From positions 47,306,001 through 47,370,000 of the forward strand of contig OZ024742.1 of NCBI GenBank assembly GCA_964016885.1: a DNA stretch of 64,000 nucleotides, given 5' to 3'. This DNA comes from Eledone cirrhosa. Taxonomy: Eukaryota. Below are positions 45,101-59,512 of this stretch, piece by piece (positions within the stretch are counted from its first letter, which is position 1; every line of letters starts with the position of its first letter). The notes beneath the pieces were generated by a model. It was not told the DNA's origin, searched no databases, and saw only the letters and a list, made by a program, of their open reading frames with translations. A program made the translations under genes and the position numbers.

Positions 45101-45256
45101 AATTGAATAATCAAGACCGTAGCGGTATGTCATATATCAAATCATATATTTGTTCGATGACGACGTACTGAAAAGAAACAACACAGTACCTCTGAAATAT
45201 ATATAATAAAGTATATATTTTGATTATGAGAATATTTCTCATTTGTTAATATTTTG

Positions 45257-45263
<7 letters not shown>
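42125..45263 (-). mobile_element. 5'-truncated Penelope-like element with ~400-bp inverted pLTR arms (42225-42620 / 44865-45263)
   Basis: Minus-strand RT C-terminus and EN; arms are reverse complements. Degenerate HHRs at 42282-42336 (-) and ~45150-45205 (+). Confidence 0.85.
43640..44840 (-). pseudogene. PLE RT thumb plus GIY-YIG endonuclease, decayed
   Basis: VLDVTLNLNSGLYFPFHKVN..YVSFYSNH..RISSLS..YNEALHKAGY, KCFPRSHKYYSIFNRHTVKLSYS, YIGAISSKFKARW, TSLSQLIWSLKDNN. Confidence 0.85.
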
Positions 45264-45343
<80 letters not shown>

Positions 45344-45508
45344 GGAGGAGGAGGTTATAGTTCACTTGAAGCATTGTGTAATGAGGTATAAACGTTTGAA
45401 TATGTATAATAAATCCAAAACAATGCAGGTATGGACATAGAAAAAAGAATGCAATTGCAAAAGATATTGTTGACAATTCGTCTTTTACCTTAGATTTATT
45501 TTAAACGT

Positions 45509-45543
45509 CCTTAATTTTCAAGATAATATCTCTTCTTCAGAGG
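45509..45543 (-). ncRNA. Hammerhead-like motif (minimal, imperfect)
   Basis: CCT-CTGAAGA-agAGAT-ATT-ATCTt-GAAA-A-TTA-AGG, in a short segment between TA runs. Confidence 0.45.
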
Positions 45544-45763
45544 GAAATAAAGGTCTCAAACCAGCGTTCTGAATATCTTGCCAAGCCATGCTGACAGGAA
45601 ATAGTATAGAGTATCTGTTCTATCTCTAATGACAAAGAGTTAACATTTTAACTCTTTGACATTAGAGATAGAACAGAAAAATGTGTATCTATATTATTTG
45701 TATACATATATGTACATATGTTTTAATGATTTCGCTACAAATATACTCACACATACATACACA

Positions 45764-45856
<93 letters not shown>

Positions 45857-46103
45857 GTGTGTGTGTGTGTCTGTCTGTGTATACCTAAATATCTGATATA
45901 TATATAAAAAAATGTATGTGTATATTTTTTATTTCTTCTTGCACGTTATATAATCAATTTAAGACCAATTTTTTAAACTGAAATTCATAAACGCTTCAAC
46001 CTATTGATAACTCCCAACATGCAATTTCGAGATCAAATATTTTTCGAATTCAAATATTCCAATTGGTTGTTGTTAAATTATTTTCTTTATTTCTCATATT
46101 TCT

Positions 46104-46180
<77 letters not shown>

Positions 46181-47976
46181 ATTTATCTTTCTTTACACAC
46201 ACACACGCACACAGACACATATATATATACATATATATCGCTTTCTCTGTTTTTCCCTCCCTCTCGATTGCTTCCAATCCCACAAATGCATGCGCATATT
46301 CAATTTGTTTCACCACTAATTTATGTTTCAGCCTACGTAAGCCTTGTCATATATAATATGATATTTTTGTCTTCATCATACGTATTTGAATGCAATTACT
46401 CCGTATATTTCGAAGACATAATAATCCGATTATTTGTCAATTTTGACATTATGAGATATGGACGAGAAACTGTTGAAGTTCGAAATAAATGGCTGATTTG
46501 CAAAAAAAAAAAATAATAATAAAAAAATGATATAAATAATAAATAAATAAATGATGTTTATATGGCTACCGTATATTAAAAATGTCATTGTAATGGCAAA
46601 ATGTAGCAACGTATATTAATACACCAATTTTTAGAATTTTCTTGAGATCAGGAATCTACTTTCATTATTATGATATGTTGGCAGACAACTTTCCTTTTGA
46701 TATATATTTAAGTGACATTACTATTTCCAATTTATTTCTTAAATCTGCAGACCGTCTGTAGTATAGAGCCTGTGGAATAATTTTCTCTCAGACAACCTCC
46801 TTTTATTTCAGAAATCACAAAATGGTTTCGTAGTAAATTTCATTGTCTTAACACTTATTCTGTCTGTTGGAAAGATCACTTATTGTCAATAGTACAATTT
46901 TGCATGAATTAAATTATTCATTGACAGGAATTATGCGTAGATAAGAAATCACCCGTGATATATTATGTTTTTCATATATTCGTATGCTTTGCCTGCAGTA
47001 TATTTCGAACAGTAAAATCCATTATGAATGTGTACAGAGACCCACATTTTACTCGCAGAATGGCGTGAATGAGTGTTTTCTATCAATCTATACAGGACAG
47101 TCCCAAAATAATTTGTGTCTCTTGACGGGTAGAACTAGCAGTGAATTTTACCACTAATCAGATAATACTTTTTTTCGAAATTAGAAGGAAATACTCTATG
47201 ATGTATTCCTTGATGGCAAATGGAAAGAAGGACTGAATAGAAATGATATCATTGCATATTATCTTGTTTAAAAATGCCATAGAGACGTCGTACATTAATA
47301 CGCCACCCCTAAAGTACGTACAGATGTTACGTGAGGGAATATTTAAAAATTACAGTTTGTTATTGCCATTATGAATTCATTATGTAGTGTGAGAATCATA
47401 TTAAGAAAGAAAAACACTTTTTGAATTAATTTGCGATTCAAAATTAAATACCGCTATATAATATTCATGGGAACGATGTATAATGTTCACTGATATATAT
47501 GACAGAAATCTATATAATATTAAATGATATGTATTACAGAACATTATATAATGTTTGGTGACATATATTACGGAACGATGTAAACATGGTCGTGAAACCG
47601 TAACCGTAACGCCTTTGTGTATATCATACAAAATTATTAAACAGTCAACTAACATGCTCCAAACGAACTACGTTACTCTTCACAAATACTGATATGAAAT
47701 ATATAAATAAATGATTTCGTTATTTTACAATCCAGCCAAGCTTGTTATAATATTAATACATCACTTATTTTCTTATAATGTCATAATTTAATATTTGTTT
47801 TTACAATATGTTTAACACTATTGTTCAAATTCTCACGCGTGGATATTTCACAACGCAAAATCTTAAAAATATTTGTCAAATATATTACGTTAACCGACTG
47901 TGCATATTTTAATAAATGGTATTTAAAGCACCCGAATTATTCGTTATAATTTTCATTGTCCTTATTTTATTTATAG

Positions 47977-48032
47977 ATGCCACATTGGCCTTATGTATAC
48001 TAACAGATAAACCACCCTGCTGGCATGTATAA
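47977..48032 (+). CDS. Candidate terminal coding exon ((D)ATLALCILTDKPPCWHV*)
   Basis: Strong pyrimidine tract and acceptor TTTCATTGTCCTTATTTTATTTATAG. Phase-compatible with the 33067 donor; AATAAA at 48086. Speculative. Confidence 0.2.
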
Positions 48033-49208
48033 TGTGTATATTGATATTATACGCAAGTATATATGCATGTAGATATGATACATTAAATAAAATCGTAATT
48101 GACAATATACACAGAAATTGAACGAAGACTGTGTTACACTCTCTAATGTAATCAGTAACGTAATCCATGATACATTAAACAAACACGATATTATATATAA
48201 ACTGCATTAGGAGAAGATTAGTGATAGAAATATATGAATATTTATTTAAACGATCGCTAAACGGAAGTGCTGACATTTGAACATTTTAGAGAAGTGAATC
48301 TTTAAATAAGTAAGAAAATATATTTAATGAACAGCCACGAAATTTACTAGATACATTATGTATTATTCATTCATTATTTATTCGAAGTAATCCAACTTAT
48401 TTTACTAAAGGGATAACAAATTATAAAGCGTACGCAGTCCCGTGCTTCTTACCTTATTATAGTTTAGATTCAGGTAGCTAATACAATACGAATCAAACAA
48501 GATTTACTTCTAGATGGCCAAAAACATATTACATGATATAGGAACAATATAATTATTAAAATATTTTATCAAATACATTAGCATATATATAGTGCATATT
48601 AAATTCCCTTAGCTTTCGAAATTATTTCCATACCATACCTATTGAGGTCATGAATCAGCATCCCCAATTTATGTTGACCAACATAATGTCAATATAAAGT
48701 CACAGGAAATAGCACAATCCATCTACAACACTGTAATATATTATATTTCCTTCTGTCCATTGAATATAATTTTAGTCCCCCAAATTCAATTATTCTATAT
48801 TATTCAGTATCATTCTTGTGACTCTGTTAGAAATACTATAACGAAAGTATTGGGAACGATGCTGGAAGGCGCACGCATTTACTCAGAATAAATTGAAGTC
48901 AAAACAAGTGATGAAAAAGTTAACCGGCATTCAAACATTTATCTAAAGAAATGTGTTTGTAATTTTGGGACAAAATTTATGCGTTGGAAATGTACAGGAG
49001 AGTAGATAAGCTTCGAGGAGATAGGAGTAAATATGTGCTGTTTATTTGTTCAGAAATAAACATGTATAATGATCGTGATGCACAACAGACCTTGACTGAG
49101 TTTGGAGGGCTATTGCCTGTGTATAATTATCTATATCCAAGTGAGTGCGCGCGAAGTTGAACAGGTTAGGGAGTGAGAGAGGTTGACTTGTTAGGCGTGC
49201 GTGTGTGT

Positions 49209-49327
<119 letters not shown>

Positions 49328-50410
49328 CAATCAATGTTATATACGTACATATGCGTAGACATAAAACATACACACACATGAAGCGTTGCTCATTACGTGG
49401 TTCCGAGGAAGATCGAAACCACATATGCATGCAAGTTGTCACGTCCAATGTAATGTATAGGTTCCAGTGGATCGTAAGAGATACCACAAACATCCAATGC
49501 AGACATCAAATACTGAATTCCGAAAGATGAAGGTCTATACGGATTTCAAGATGGATAGAACCAGCATATGAAGAAGTGAAAGCGAGGGCAGGGTATAAAT
49601 GCGATGTAGTATTTAACCCGACGTTAAGATGGTCGAAGCTATAGACTTCAGGCAAAACAACACCACGGGTGAACATATGATGCACACTAACGTGATGTGA
49701 ATAAGTGTGATTAGACTGTGAATATGTTGGGTCCTATGTTAGTGCATACGCTAAACGCCTATAAGTGGAAGAAGAGTATACATATATATACATGCATGTG
49801 TACGGCTATAAGCATATATATCCACATACATACATCGAAGTGCATAGTGAAAGAGCAACGATAGAAGGAGTGGTATAACAAGGGATACGGAGTGGAGACA
49901 TTTTAAGGTATGCATGCGTCTATGGTACAGCAGGATATATGTGTAAGTGTTTGTGTGTATGTGTGCTTATGGAAGCTTAAATATTGTGTGTTGTGGGACC
50001 GATTAGCTCAAAGGGGTGTATATCCATGTGTGTGTTTTGGGACCTGAGTACTATATGTGTGAAGAATTGTGCATATGTGTTGTTAAATGTGTGGATCAGA
50101 ATTTCTACACCCTAAATGTAGAACCAAGTTATTTGATGAAATTTGATGAAATAAACACTGCATCTTCCACATTATTTCTCCAACATACGACTGTCTGCAT
50201 AGATATGTGTGTACATAAGTATAAAGCATCGGTGTGTATAAAAGAATAATATATTTTATATGAGTGAGGGTGGTGTAGAAGGAGGAATCTGCATAGATGA
50301 ATGATATAACTTTAGGCTATACACTTTATGATGGACATATGGACAGATATACAAACAGGAATAATGTTACCCAACCATATTTAGAGAAAATTACTATTAT
50401 TAATAGAGAA

Positions 50411-50542
<132 letters not shown>

Positions 50543-50753
50543 ATTTCGTTTCTGAATTTGTTTAGCAAGATTCTTTATCTGAAATCGTGTGTTGAAACCG
50601 ATATTGTTATACTTTGGGAGGGTCATGTTGCCAATAAGAAACACACGCACCAGTTGCTTTCACTTCAATTTATTATAATAAATTTATAATAAATTTATAA
50701 ATTTATAAATTTCTGGTTGGTTGGTTCCACAACCAGATAGTTGTTTATATATT

Positions 50754-50796
50754 GTCATAGTTCTTTCGTCACACACTCTGTGACCTCTTCAGTGAC
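50754..50796 (-). ncRNA. Type I hammerhead ribozyme in PLE pLTR
   Basis: GTCA-CTGAAGA-gGTCACA-GAGTG-TGTGAC-GAAA-G-AA-CTA-TGAC; same strand as, and ~200 nt downstream of, the PLE ORF. Confidence 0.8.
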
Positions 50797-50997
50797 TGGG
50801 GATTCCTTTCTTTGTTTCTGTGCCTCTCCTTTGTTCTGTCCTACGCCATTTTGTTTCTGTGTGTGCGTTGTGTGCTCAGTCTGCGCATGCGCCACATCCG
50901 GGTGTCTGTGTGTGTTTATGTTCATTTATTTATTTGTTTATTTACATGTTACTGGTTGGTTGTTTGTTCTATGTGTGTGTGTCTTTTCATTTTGTCC

Positions 50998-51888
50998 TTA
51001 ATTGTAAGTTGTTATGTTGATGTTCCACTCATATTTTCTATTTAATTTTGGTTGTAATTCTTTTATGTTTATTGCCTCTGTAATTTGTCTAAACATTGCG
51101 TCTTTTCTGTGTGTAGATTCTATTTTTATTTCTATGTTCTCTAATTTACCGTTGTATTCTAATTTAGCATGTTGGTAGAGTAAAGATGATTCTTTACTAT
51201 CTTGAAGGTCTCGCCAGTGTTAATTTATCCGTTCTCCTACACTACGAGCTGTCTCACCTATGTACACTATATTTTTGTCTCTACATTGTCCTTCAGTACA
51301 TCTTATGCTATACACTACATTTCTAGTTTTGCAGTTAATATGGGGGCTTATTTTACAGGTTATACATTTCTTATCTATACATGAGGGTCTTTGAAAAGGG
51401 TATGTCTTGCTAATAAGTGTTTTTACGGAGGTACCTGGTCTTTCTACTATCTTAATATTGAGTTTATGTTTGTTTAGAGCCCTTCTAAATTTGTAAGCTA
51501 ATTCCTCTCTAGGGGTTGTATCGATGAACATTACACTCTGGCATTTATTGCTATCATACCATGAGTTTATTCTATTAGCGTTGTTCATAGTTCTTTCTAT
51601 TCTATTCCAAAATTTGCTCCTATACAAGGGGCAGGTCCCATTTATGTCATTATTTACCATTTTTTCCCATTTGGTTCTGGCTCCTCTATACACTCTGATT
51701 TTATCTCTCTTATTGTAGCCAGAGAACTGCATACGGTGGATGAAGTGTTGTATGTGTCTCTCTAGTTCTTCGGGGTTGCACATGCGGGACACGTTTCTCG
51801 TCACCCGTACCAAATCCGCAATCAGTATGTTGATTTTGGTATGGTCCAAAACGGCCGAGTTTCGGTTGATCAGATGTTTGGAAGTCAT
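50998..51888 (-). pseudogene. PLE RT thumb, Cys-rich linker and GIY-YIG endonuclease (one in-frame TAA at 51220)
   Basis: MQFSGY, IKIVERPGTSVK, CIDKKCITC..CKTRNVVYSIRC..YIGETARSVGERIN*HW..RQITEAINI..LNRKYEW. Confidence 0.9.
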
Positions 51889-52128
51889 GTGTTTGGCATA
51901 ATGGGAATGGATATATATATATACATATATACATCTATATATATATATATCACTCCTTAAAGGTAGATATTATTGCGTATTGTATATATATATATATGTG
52001 CCTGTGTGAATATGTAGCTGTTACGCATGTATATACAAACACATGCACACACTATATATTTTTATGGGTACATATAAATAAATGAATACATAAATATATA
52101 TATATATATGTACATACATAGTATATAA

Positions 52129-52209
<81 letters not shown>

Positions 52210-53231
52210 TGTGTGTGTGTGTGTTTGTATGTGTGTGTGTCTGTGTGTGTGTGTTGGGTATGTACGTGTAATGCTAATGTAAATTATTTATTGATAAAAA
52301 AAATGAAAGTATTCTGAATATATGTGAAAATTGACAAAACATTTTAACGTCTCTACCTACGAGAGAGTCAAGATTATATGAGTTTGTTTTATTGTGCATA
52401 TTTCAATGGAAATCTAATATGTATGCAATAGAATATATGATCTTGAGTTGAAACTGTTAACATAGTAATTATGTAATAATTGGCTAACAATTTTTTTCTT
52501 TCAGAAACATAATTCTCGTTTCAACGTTAGCGGATATTGTTATGTTTTTTGGCATAAATTAAATTAACAGCAACATAATTTCGAAATAAGGAGTTATTAC
52601 AATGTATTTATATATTTAATTTTGTATTATATTACATATTATGTTGTGAGAGATTTGACCGGATTTCCATTGCGGGAACAGTTGGAATAATATTTAAATA
52701 AAAACATGAAATGATATTTATACATTCCATAAAACAGATATAAACATAGGAACATATATTTATTTTCCCATACATATGTAGATAGCTCTATAATATATGT
52801 GTGTGAGTGTGTGTATGTATGATGTATATGTGTATATATGTCTATATATATAAATATCGACAAATATATATGTGTGTTTATATATGCAGATACCCACACA
52901 TATACATATATATGGAAGCTAGATGCCATTTACATATCATCACGTTCACTATAATCTTTTGTACCATATTTTAGGACCGAGCTGTATATTAAATACACAT
53001 CGCTTCATAAAATAAACGTATTTTACTTCGCTTCCTTTAGTTTATTTTTATGCCTAACAAAAATAATTGAAAATAAAAATCTGTCCATATGTAACTTCGT
53101 ATATTTAGATTTACTCTACTGAATGCAGTGAAATATAAAACATAATATTTTGAAAGCACTGTATTTTCATCAAAGAAATGCTAATACAGCTACAACTTTA
53201 AAATAAATCTTGATGAATATATATATATATG

Positions 53232-54100
53232 ATTCGTTCTTGAATTTGTTTTGCAAGATTTCTTATCTGAAAACGTGCGTTGAAACAGATACTTTTATAC
53301 ATTGGACGGTTCATGCCGCCAATAAAAATACACGTATCTGTTAGTGTTCAATTATTATACGTTTCCGGTTGGTTGGTTCGATAGCCCTCCTCAGTGACTA
53401 GGTTTTATTTTGTTTCTTTCAATTGTTCTGTCCTACACCATTTTGTTTATGTGTGTGGGTACTGTGTGCTTAGTTTTCGCATGCGTTACATCCGTGTGTG
53501 TGTGTGTTTATTAATTTATTTATGTTTATTTACTTGTCATTAGCTGGTTGTTTGTTCTATCTGTGTGTGTTTGATTTGTTTTGTTAGTTTGGTTTTTGTG
53601 TGTGTCTGTATGTCATAATTTAGTCTTTAATTACTAGGTGTGATATTTCTATTCGACTCATGTTTTCCGTTTGAATTTGGTTGGAGTTCATTTAGATTTT
53701 TCGCCTCTTTGATTTGTCTTAGCATTGCATATCTCTATGTTCTCTCATGTACTCCTATGTTCTATTTTGGCATGTTGGCGGAGTACTGATGAGGTTTTCC
53801 CATGCTGGATCTCTCACCAGAGTTCACTTATCCTTTCTCCTATGCTACGGGCTGTTTCATCTATGTATGTTATATTCTTATTCCTACACTGTCCCTCAGT
53901 ACACCGTATACTATACACTACGGTTCTAGTTTTGCAGGCTTAGCTTGCTGACTATGCATTTCCGATCAACACAGGGCGGTCTTTGAAATGGGTATGTTTT
54001 GCAACCAGCCAACCAACAGGAAACGTATAATAAATTGAAGGGAAAACCAACAGGTGCGTGTTTTTTATTGGCAGCATGACCCTCCCAAGGTATAACAATT
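53232..54100 (-). mobile_element. Second, more decayed copy of the 50545 PLE family with inverted pLTR fragment (54003-54100)
   Basis: 53232-53600 parallels 50545-50990, with the HHR partly deleted. 53640-54000 is a decayed EN, and 54003-54100 is the reverse complement of the pLTR segment 50605-50720. Confidence 0.8.
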
Positions 54101-54278
54101 TATATATATATACACAGACCTAGCTGTCGAGACGGCCGGGCCTCAGCCGTCGGGGTCCTGACTCTTTTTCTGTAGAAGCCTTTTCTATATTAAATATTTA
54201 TACGGTGCTTTGTATTGAGTACCTTACTTGATGTGGTTAACCCCGATTGAATCCGGGATAAACTAATATATATATATA

Positions 54279-54436
<158 letters not shown>

Positions 54437-54635
54437 GATATATATAAATCTAAAATGAACATAGAAAGTTCCTATAAATCTTTTAAATTTGGAAAAATCT
54501 AAGAATTTCCCTGAAATAAGAATTTCGTTTCATGATACAGGGGCCCGGCCGAACGTTGTGTTGTTTCATCGACGAACGGCCTCTGTATGACCCCCAAGTG
54601 TTTTGGTGGAAGTGTTGGTCAGTTTACGAAGTAAC

Positions 54636-55037
54636 GCAAACAGTTTGTAGCCTTCTACCTTTCCTCCCTATCTTTATCTGGTGCAGTAGTAGTCTCAGTG
54701 GCTGCTATAATAGTAGTGACAACCCCTCCCAGCCACATATTTCATACAGGTCTGCAACAACTGTGAATATTATCACCGATACCAAAATTAACTATATAGG
54801 CAATGATTTAAATGATTTAATTAATTACAAGAAGAAGAGTTATATTTAAGGGGAAATGTATGTGGGAAAAAGATAATTATAATTATAATATCGGTTATAA
54901 TATCCACAGTTGTTGCACACCTATAGAAACTAAGTGACTTGGAGGGATGGTTAACACTACTATTATAGCAACCACTGAGACTACTACTATAACAGCTAAA
55001 GATAGGTAGGGGATGAAGGAGGGCTACCAACCGTTTC
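54636..55037. repeat. Diverged inverted repeat (arms ~54636-54782 / ~54889-55037)
   Basis: For example, AGTAGTAGTCTCAGTGG.TGCTATAATAGTAGTG pairs with CACTACTATTATAGCAACCACTGAGACTACTACT. Confidence 0.85.
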
Positions 55038-55261
55038 ATATAGTTTCACTCCCTCTCAGAGTTAGCAGGTAAACAGTATACGGTATTGATGAAGGGTAAC
55101 AGCACGAATTATTAGTGTTTGCCATTCTGTTTATATGCCAACAAAGGAGAAAGAAGGATGGGGTCATTCCACTGAGATGGCTTAAGAAGCTGTTTGCATA
55201 ATTGCAAACGAATCCAATATTATTATTAAGATTCGAAAAACTCAGATTTACATTTCTTGTA

Positions 55262-55819
55262 TTCAACCAAAACTATTTGATGTATTACGACTCTAACCTT
55301 GCACATAACATCACAGCTTCAAATTTAGCTAAACTACCTAGCCCTGGGAACACGTGCAACCCTGTAATTAGTACTAACTCTAATTGCAGGAATCGGGCTG
55401 ATTGCCCCCTATCCGGGAAAGGCCTCTCTAGTAACATTGTCTACAAATGTAAGGTTGTAACACCCACGTCCCGTAGGGCCTACATAGGGTTAACCGCCAA
55501 TAGTTTCAAGCAGCGTCTTTACATGCATACCCATTCTTTTCGTTAACCTCTTAGAAGGAATATAACGTCACTTTCAGCTTATATCTGGAGTCTAAAAGAC
55601 AACCACACCCAATATAAGTTACACTGGGAGATCCTAGCTAGGGCTAGATCGTATAACGGAAATAAAAGACCATGTGACCTCTGCGCAGCTGAGGCCCTGG
55701 AAATACTCTACGCCACAGACTACATCTTAAACAAAAAATCTGAGGCAATTTCGGCTTGTAAACATAAATTGCACAAAACTTTCCTGTATTACAGCCCCAC
55801 GTTATACCCTAACGGATAG
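55262..55819 (+). pseudogene. PLE GIY-YIG endonuclease domain (one in-frame TAA at 55544), same type as the 43.6-kb element
   Basis: SNCRNRADCPLSGKGLSSNIVYKCKV..YIGLTANSFKQRL..H..SFR*..TSLSAYIWSLKD..WEILARA..CDLC..E..LNKKSE..CKH. Confidence 0.9.
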
Positions 55820-56711
55820 TACGATCTATACGTGGATATTTTACGTCTTGATGTGGGAGATAAGTATATATTTTGTTTATACCTTTACTTATTTGCATAG
55901 CTAAGTATATATTACCCGTATGTTTTGTGAAGGTACGTATACCTTCTCGTACGTATATTTGATTGGTATGGCGTATAATTTTATATATTCTGGTACATAT
56001 GGTTTGGCTATGTGTATACGGGAGTTTTGCGTCTGTGTGAGTATGATGGTTCGTACGTATAGCGGGTGTGCGTATATGTGTACTTCATGTTTTGGTTGAC
56101 TTACGTCTCCGAACATTCGTGTGTTTATATGAAGGTGTGTGTGTGCGCTTGTTATATACGTATTTATTTATTTATATACGTTTATATAATTAGTTATTTA
56201 TTTGTATACACGCATACACACACACACATATTTATATGTGCGGGGTTTTGTATACCTATGGTAAGTTTTTGCGTATGCTCGTGTATGTACGTATTTGTTT
56301 GCGTGTATGTATTTATTTATTTCTATTACTTCTGTATTGTTTTTATTTACTTTGTTCTTAACTCTGTAGCGGTGATTCATTTGGTCTCCTTGTTAGAATT
56401 TTAGTCTACGACTTCTGCTATACCATTTACCTTGTTTTGTATTTGCGTGCTATTGTTCTCCACGCACCACATATGAAGTATTATCTTCGTTTTTTCGTTA
56501 ATTGCCAGACAACGTCTCTATGCACCACCTGAGAGAACATTAGTCTACGACCTCTTTTATACCATAAACGTGGTTCTGTCTTTGCGCGTAATTGTTTTTC
56601 ACCGCTCCTATTAGCGAACGTTTCCACGAACCAAAGTATCGTCTTCCTTTCTTCCTCCGGTTGCAAAGTTTTTTGAAATATCCAGTTCTGCGTTTATATA
56701 TTGACTTTGTT

Positions 56712-56760
56712 AGTTTCAGAAGATCCCGTTAAGGGTGAAAGCAGCGATTCTTTGCTTAAA
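56712..56760 (+). ncRNA. Hammerhead-like motif (U4A) in the probable pLTR of the 55.3-kb PLE
   Basis: TTT-CAGAAGA-tCCC-GTTAA-GGGt-GAAA-GCA..TG-CTT-AAA; ~110 nt before the (TA)n run. Confidence 0.5.
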
Positions 56761-56869
56761 ATTGAATCTGTTATTTTAATAAATATTTGCTCTACGGTTC
56801 ATATATATTTGATATATATTTATCCTTATCGAGCCCTCTTTGGATTTTAGTCTTCAAATTTATTATTAT

Positions 56870-56911
<42 letters not shown>

Positions 56912-56916
56912 TATAT

Positions 56917-57207
<291 letters not shown>

Positions 57208-57242
57208 TGTGAGAAAAACCACAGACCCTCCATCTCAACTCA

Positions 57243-57280
57243 CCTTTTGAAAAGCAGAAGAACTGCGAAACCGGTAAAGG
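57243..57280 (+). ncRNA. Minimal hammerhead, U3-A8 core variant (in pLTR fragment 57204-57350)
   Basis: CCTT-TTGAAAA-GCAG-AAGAA-CTGC-GAAA-CCG-GTA-AAGG, identical to 26712-26749. A mutated third copy lies at 57899-57936 (-). Confidence 0.75.
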
Positions 57281-57347
57281 AACCAAATATATATATATTT
57301 AAAAAAAAAATAAGACTTCAGTTGCATTTTCGATTTCATCCCTTTTT

Positions 57348-57545
<198 letters not shown>

Positions 57546-57565
57546 TATATATATATATATATACA

Positions 57566-57694
<129 letters not shown>

Positions 57695-57783
57695 GTGAGG
57701 CTTTTTTTACAAAATGAAAAATGACCGAGGTGTGCTACACGAGTGAATGTATAAGGAAAAAATATTCGGTAAACTCGGATTAC

Positions 57784-57830
<47 letters not shown>

Positions 57831-58154
57831 AAAAAAAGATGAAACCGAAAGTGCAACTGGAGTCTTATTTTAAAAAATATATATATATTTATTTGGTTCC
57901 TTTAACGGTTTTGCAGTTCTTCTGCTTTTCAAAAGGTGAGTTCAGATGGAGGGTCGGTGGTTTTTCTCACATCTGCTTGGTCTTTGAATGTTACTTGTTT
58001 ATATGGAATAAGTGGCTCGAAATGCCAGGTTTTTCGAGAAGTAATTTGATTGGTTGTTCAATAATTATAATAAATTTCGGGCCAGTTCGCGTTACAAAGT
58101 TCTTTAAACAAGGGGGGGGGGGGGCGTCACAGGTTGTTTTTTCATATATGAGTG

Positions 58155-59030
58155 TTTGAATTGCTTTTTACTTAAAAAAACAAAAAAGGGGGCTGACGAA
58201 GGCTTTTTTTTAATAAACGTAATTTGATTGGTTATAAATGAAATTATGCTGTCACGTGAACAAGTTTTCATTAAATTTTCGTGCCCTTATTTGGAAATCC
58301 ATTCTGTAGCCTTTTTAGAGAATTTTATGATAAGTAAAAGATAATTGTTTCTACTTTAGGCACAAGGCCAGTGCATTACTGGTACTTTATTTTTATTGAC
58401 CCCGTAAGGATGAACGGCAAAATCAACCTCGGCGGGATTTGAACTCATATCGTAAAGGGACGTAACTATGCTGGAAAGCATGGCGTCCGACCCTCTACCA
58501 ATACTGCCAATCCAAAGATAATGGTCAAGAGAATGGGATGGGAGAATTGTTCTGGTTCAGTGAATATGGTTAGTTTGCTGGGGTGTCAGAATTCAGATTT
58601 TCTATTGAATACAGAAAGTAAAGATATGTATGTTTATTTGTGTACTTGTGTGTGTGTGTGTCTGTCTGTGTGTTGTGTGTGTGTGTGTTGTGTGTGTGTG
58701 TTTGAATTTCTTTTTACTTAAAAAAAGGGGCTCACGAAGGCTTTTTTTTAATAAACGTAATTTGATTGGTTATAAATGAAATTATGGCTGTCACGTGAAC
58801 AAGTTTTCATTAAATTATTTTCGCGCCCTTATTTGGAAATCTATTCTGTAGCCTTTTTAGAGAATTTATGACAAGTAAAAGATAATGGTCAAGAGAAATG
58901 GGATGGGAGAATTGTTCTGGTTCAGAGAATATGGTTAGTTCGCTGGGGTGTCAGAGTTTAGATTTTCTATTGAATAAAGAAAGTAAAGATATGTATGTTT
59001 ATTTGTGTGCTTGTGTTTGTGTGTGTGTGT
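58155..59030. repeat. ~370-bp tandem duplication in the PLE 3' region (58155-58700 with SINE; 58701-59030 without)
   Basis: Direct comparison of the two copies. Confidence 0.9.
58346..58513 (-). mobile_element. SINE with 9-bp TSD AAAGATAAT
   Basis: TSD at 58337-58345 and 58514-58522; the empty site is visible in the duplicate at ~58878-58886. Confidence 0.93.
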
Positions 59031-59512
59031 GTATTGGAAGATGATTCTATTAGTAGAAATGGGGGAGAGAGTTGTGTGATTGTGTATATGGGTGTTATGT
59101 GTGTATGGGAGTATGTTAAGATGGAGAGAATATATATTTTGTGTGTGTGTATATATGTGTGTAGGAAAGTGAATCTATTAGTAGAAATGGGGGAGGGAGT
59201 TGTGTGTTTGGGTGTGTGGATTGTTATGTATGTGTATGGGTGTTATGTGTGTGGGAGTATGGTTAGCATGTTAAGATGAAAAGAATATATATATATATTG
59301 TGTGTGTGTGTAGGAAAATGATTCCTTTAAGAATATTTTTGAATTAACATATTTTCCTTACTTATTCGTATTTATCCTGTTGTATTGTCAGTGCAAACGT
59401 ATGTTAAGGTTTATTTAGTTCGGGTTTTTATTTTCTAAAGTAGAAGGTATTATGTGTGTGTGAATGTGTCTGTTTGGATGGTTAGCATGTTCTGGTGTTA
59501 ACATAATGTATA

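Larger units (their letters stand above)
50545..51910 (-). mobile_element. 5'-truncated Penelope-like element (Naiad-like type) with 3' pLTR, in (TA)n
   Basis: ORF plus a downstream pLTR with HHR; a related copy lies at 53232-54100. Confidence 0.88.

Noticed and set aside
51220-51222. In-frame stop in the PLE EN as possible recoding
   Set aside because: It is TAA at a probable Glu position (GAA>TAA), not TGA.
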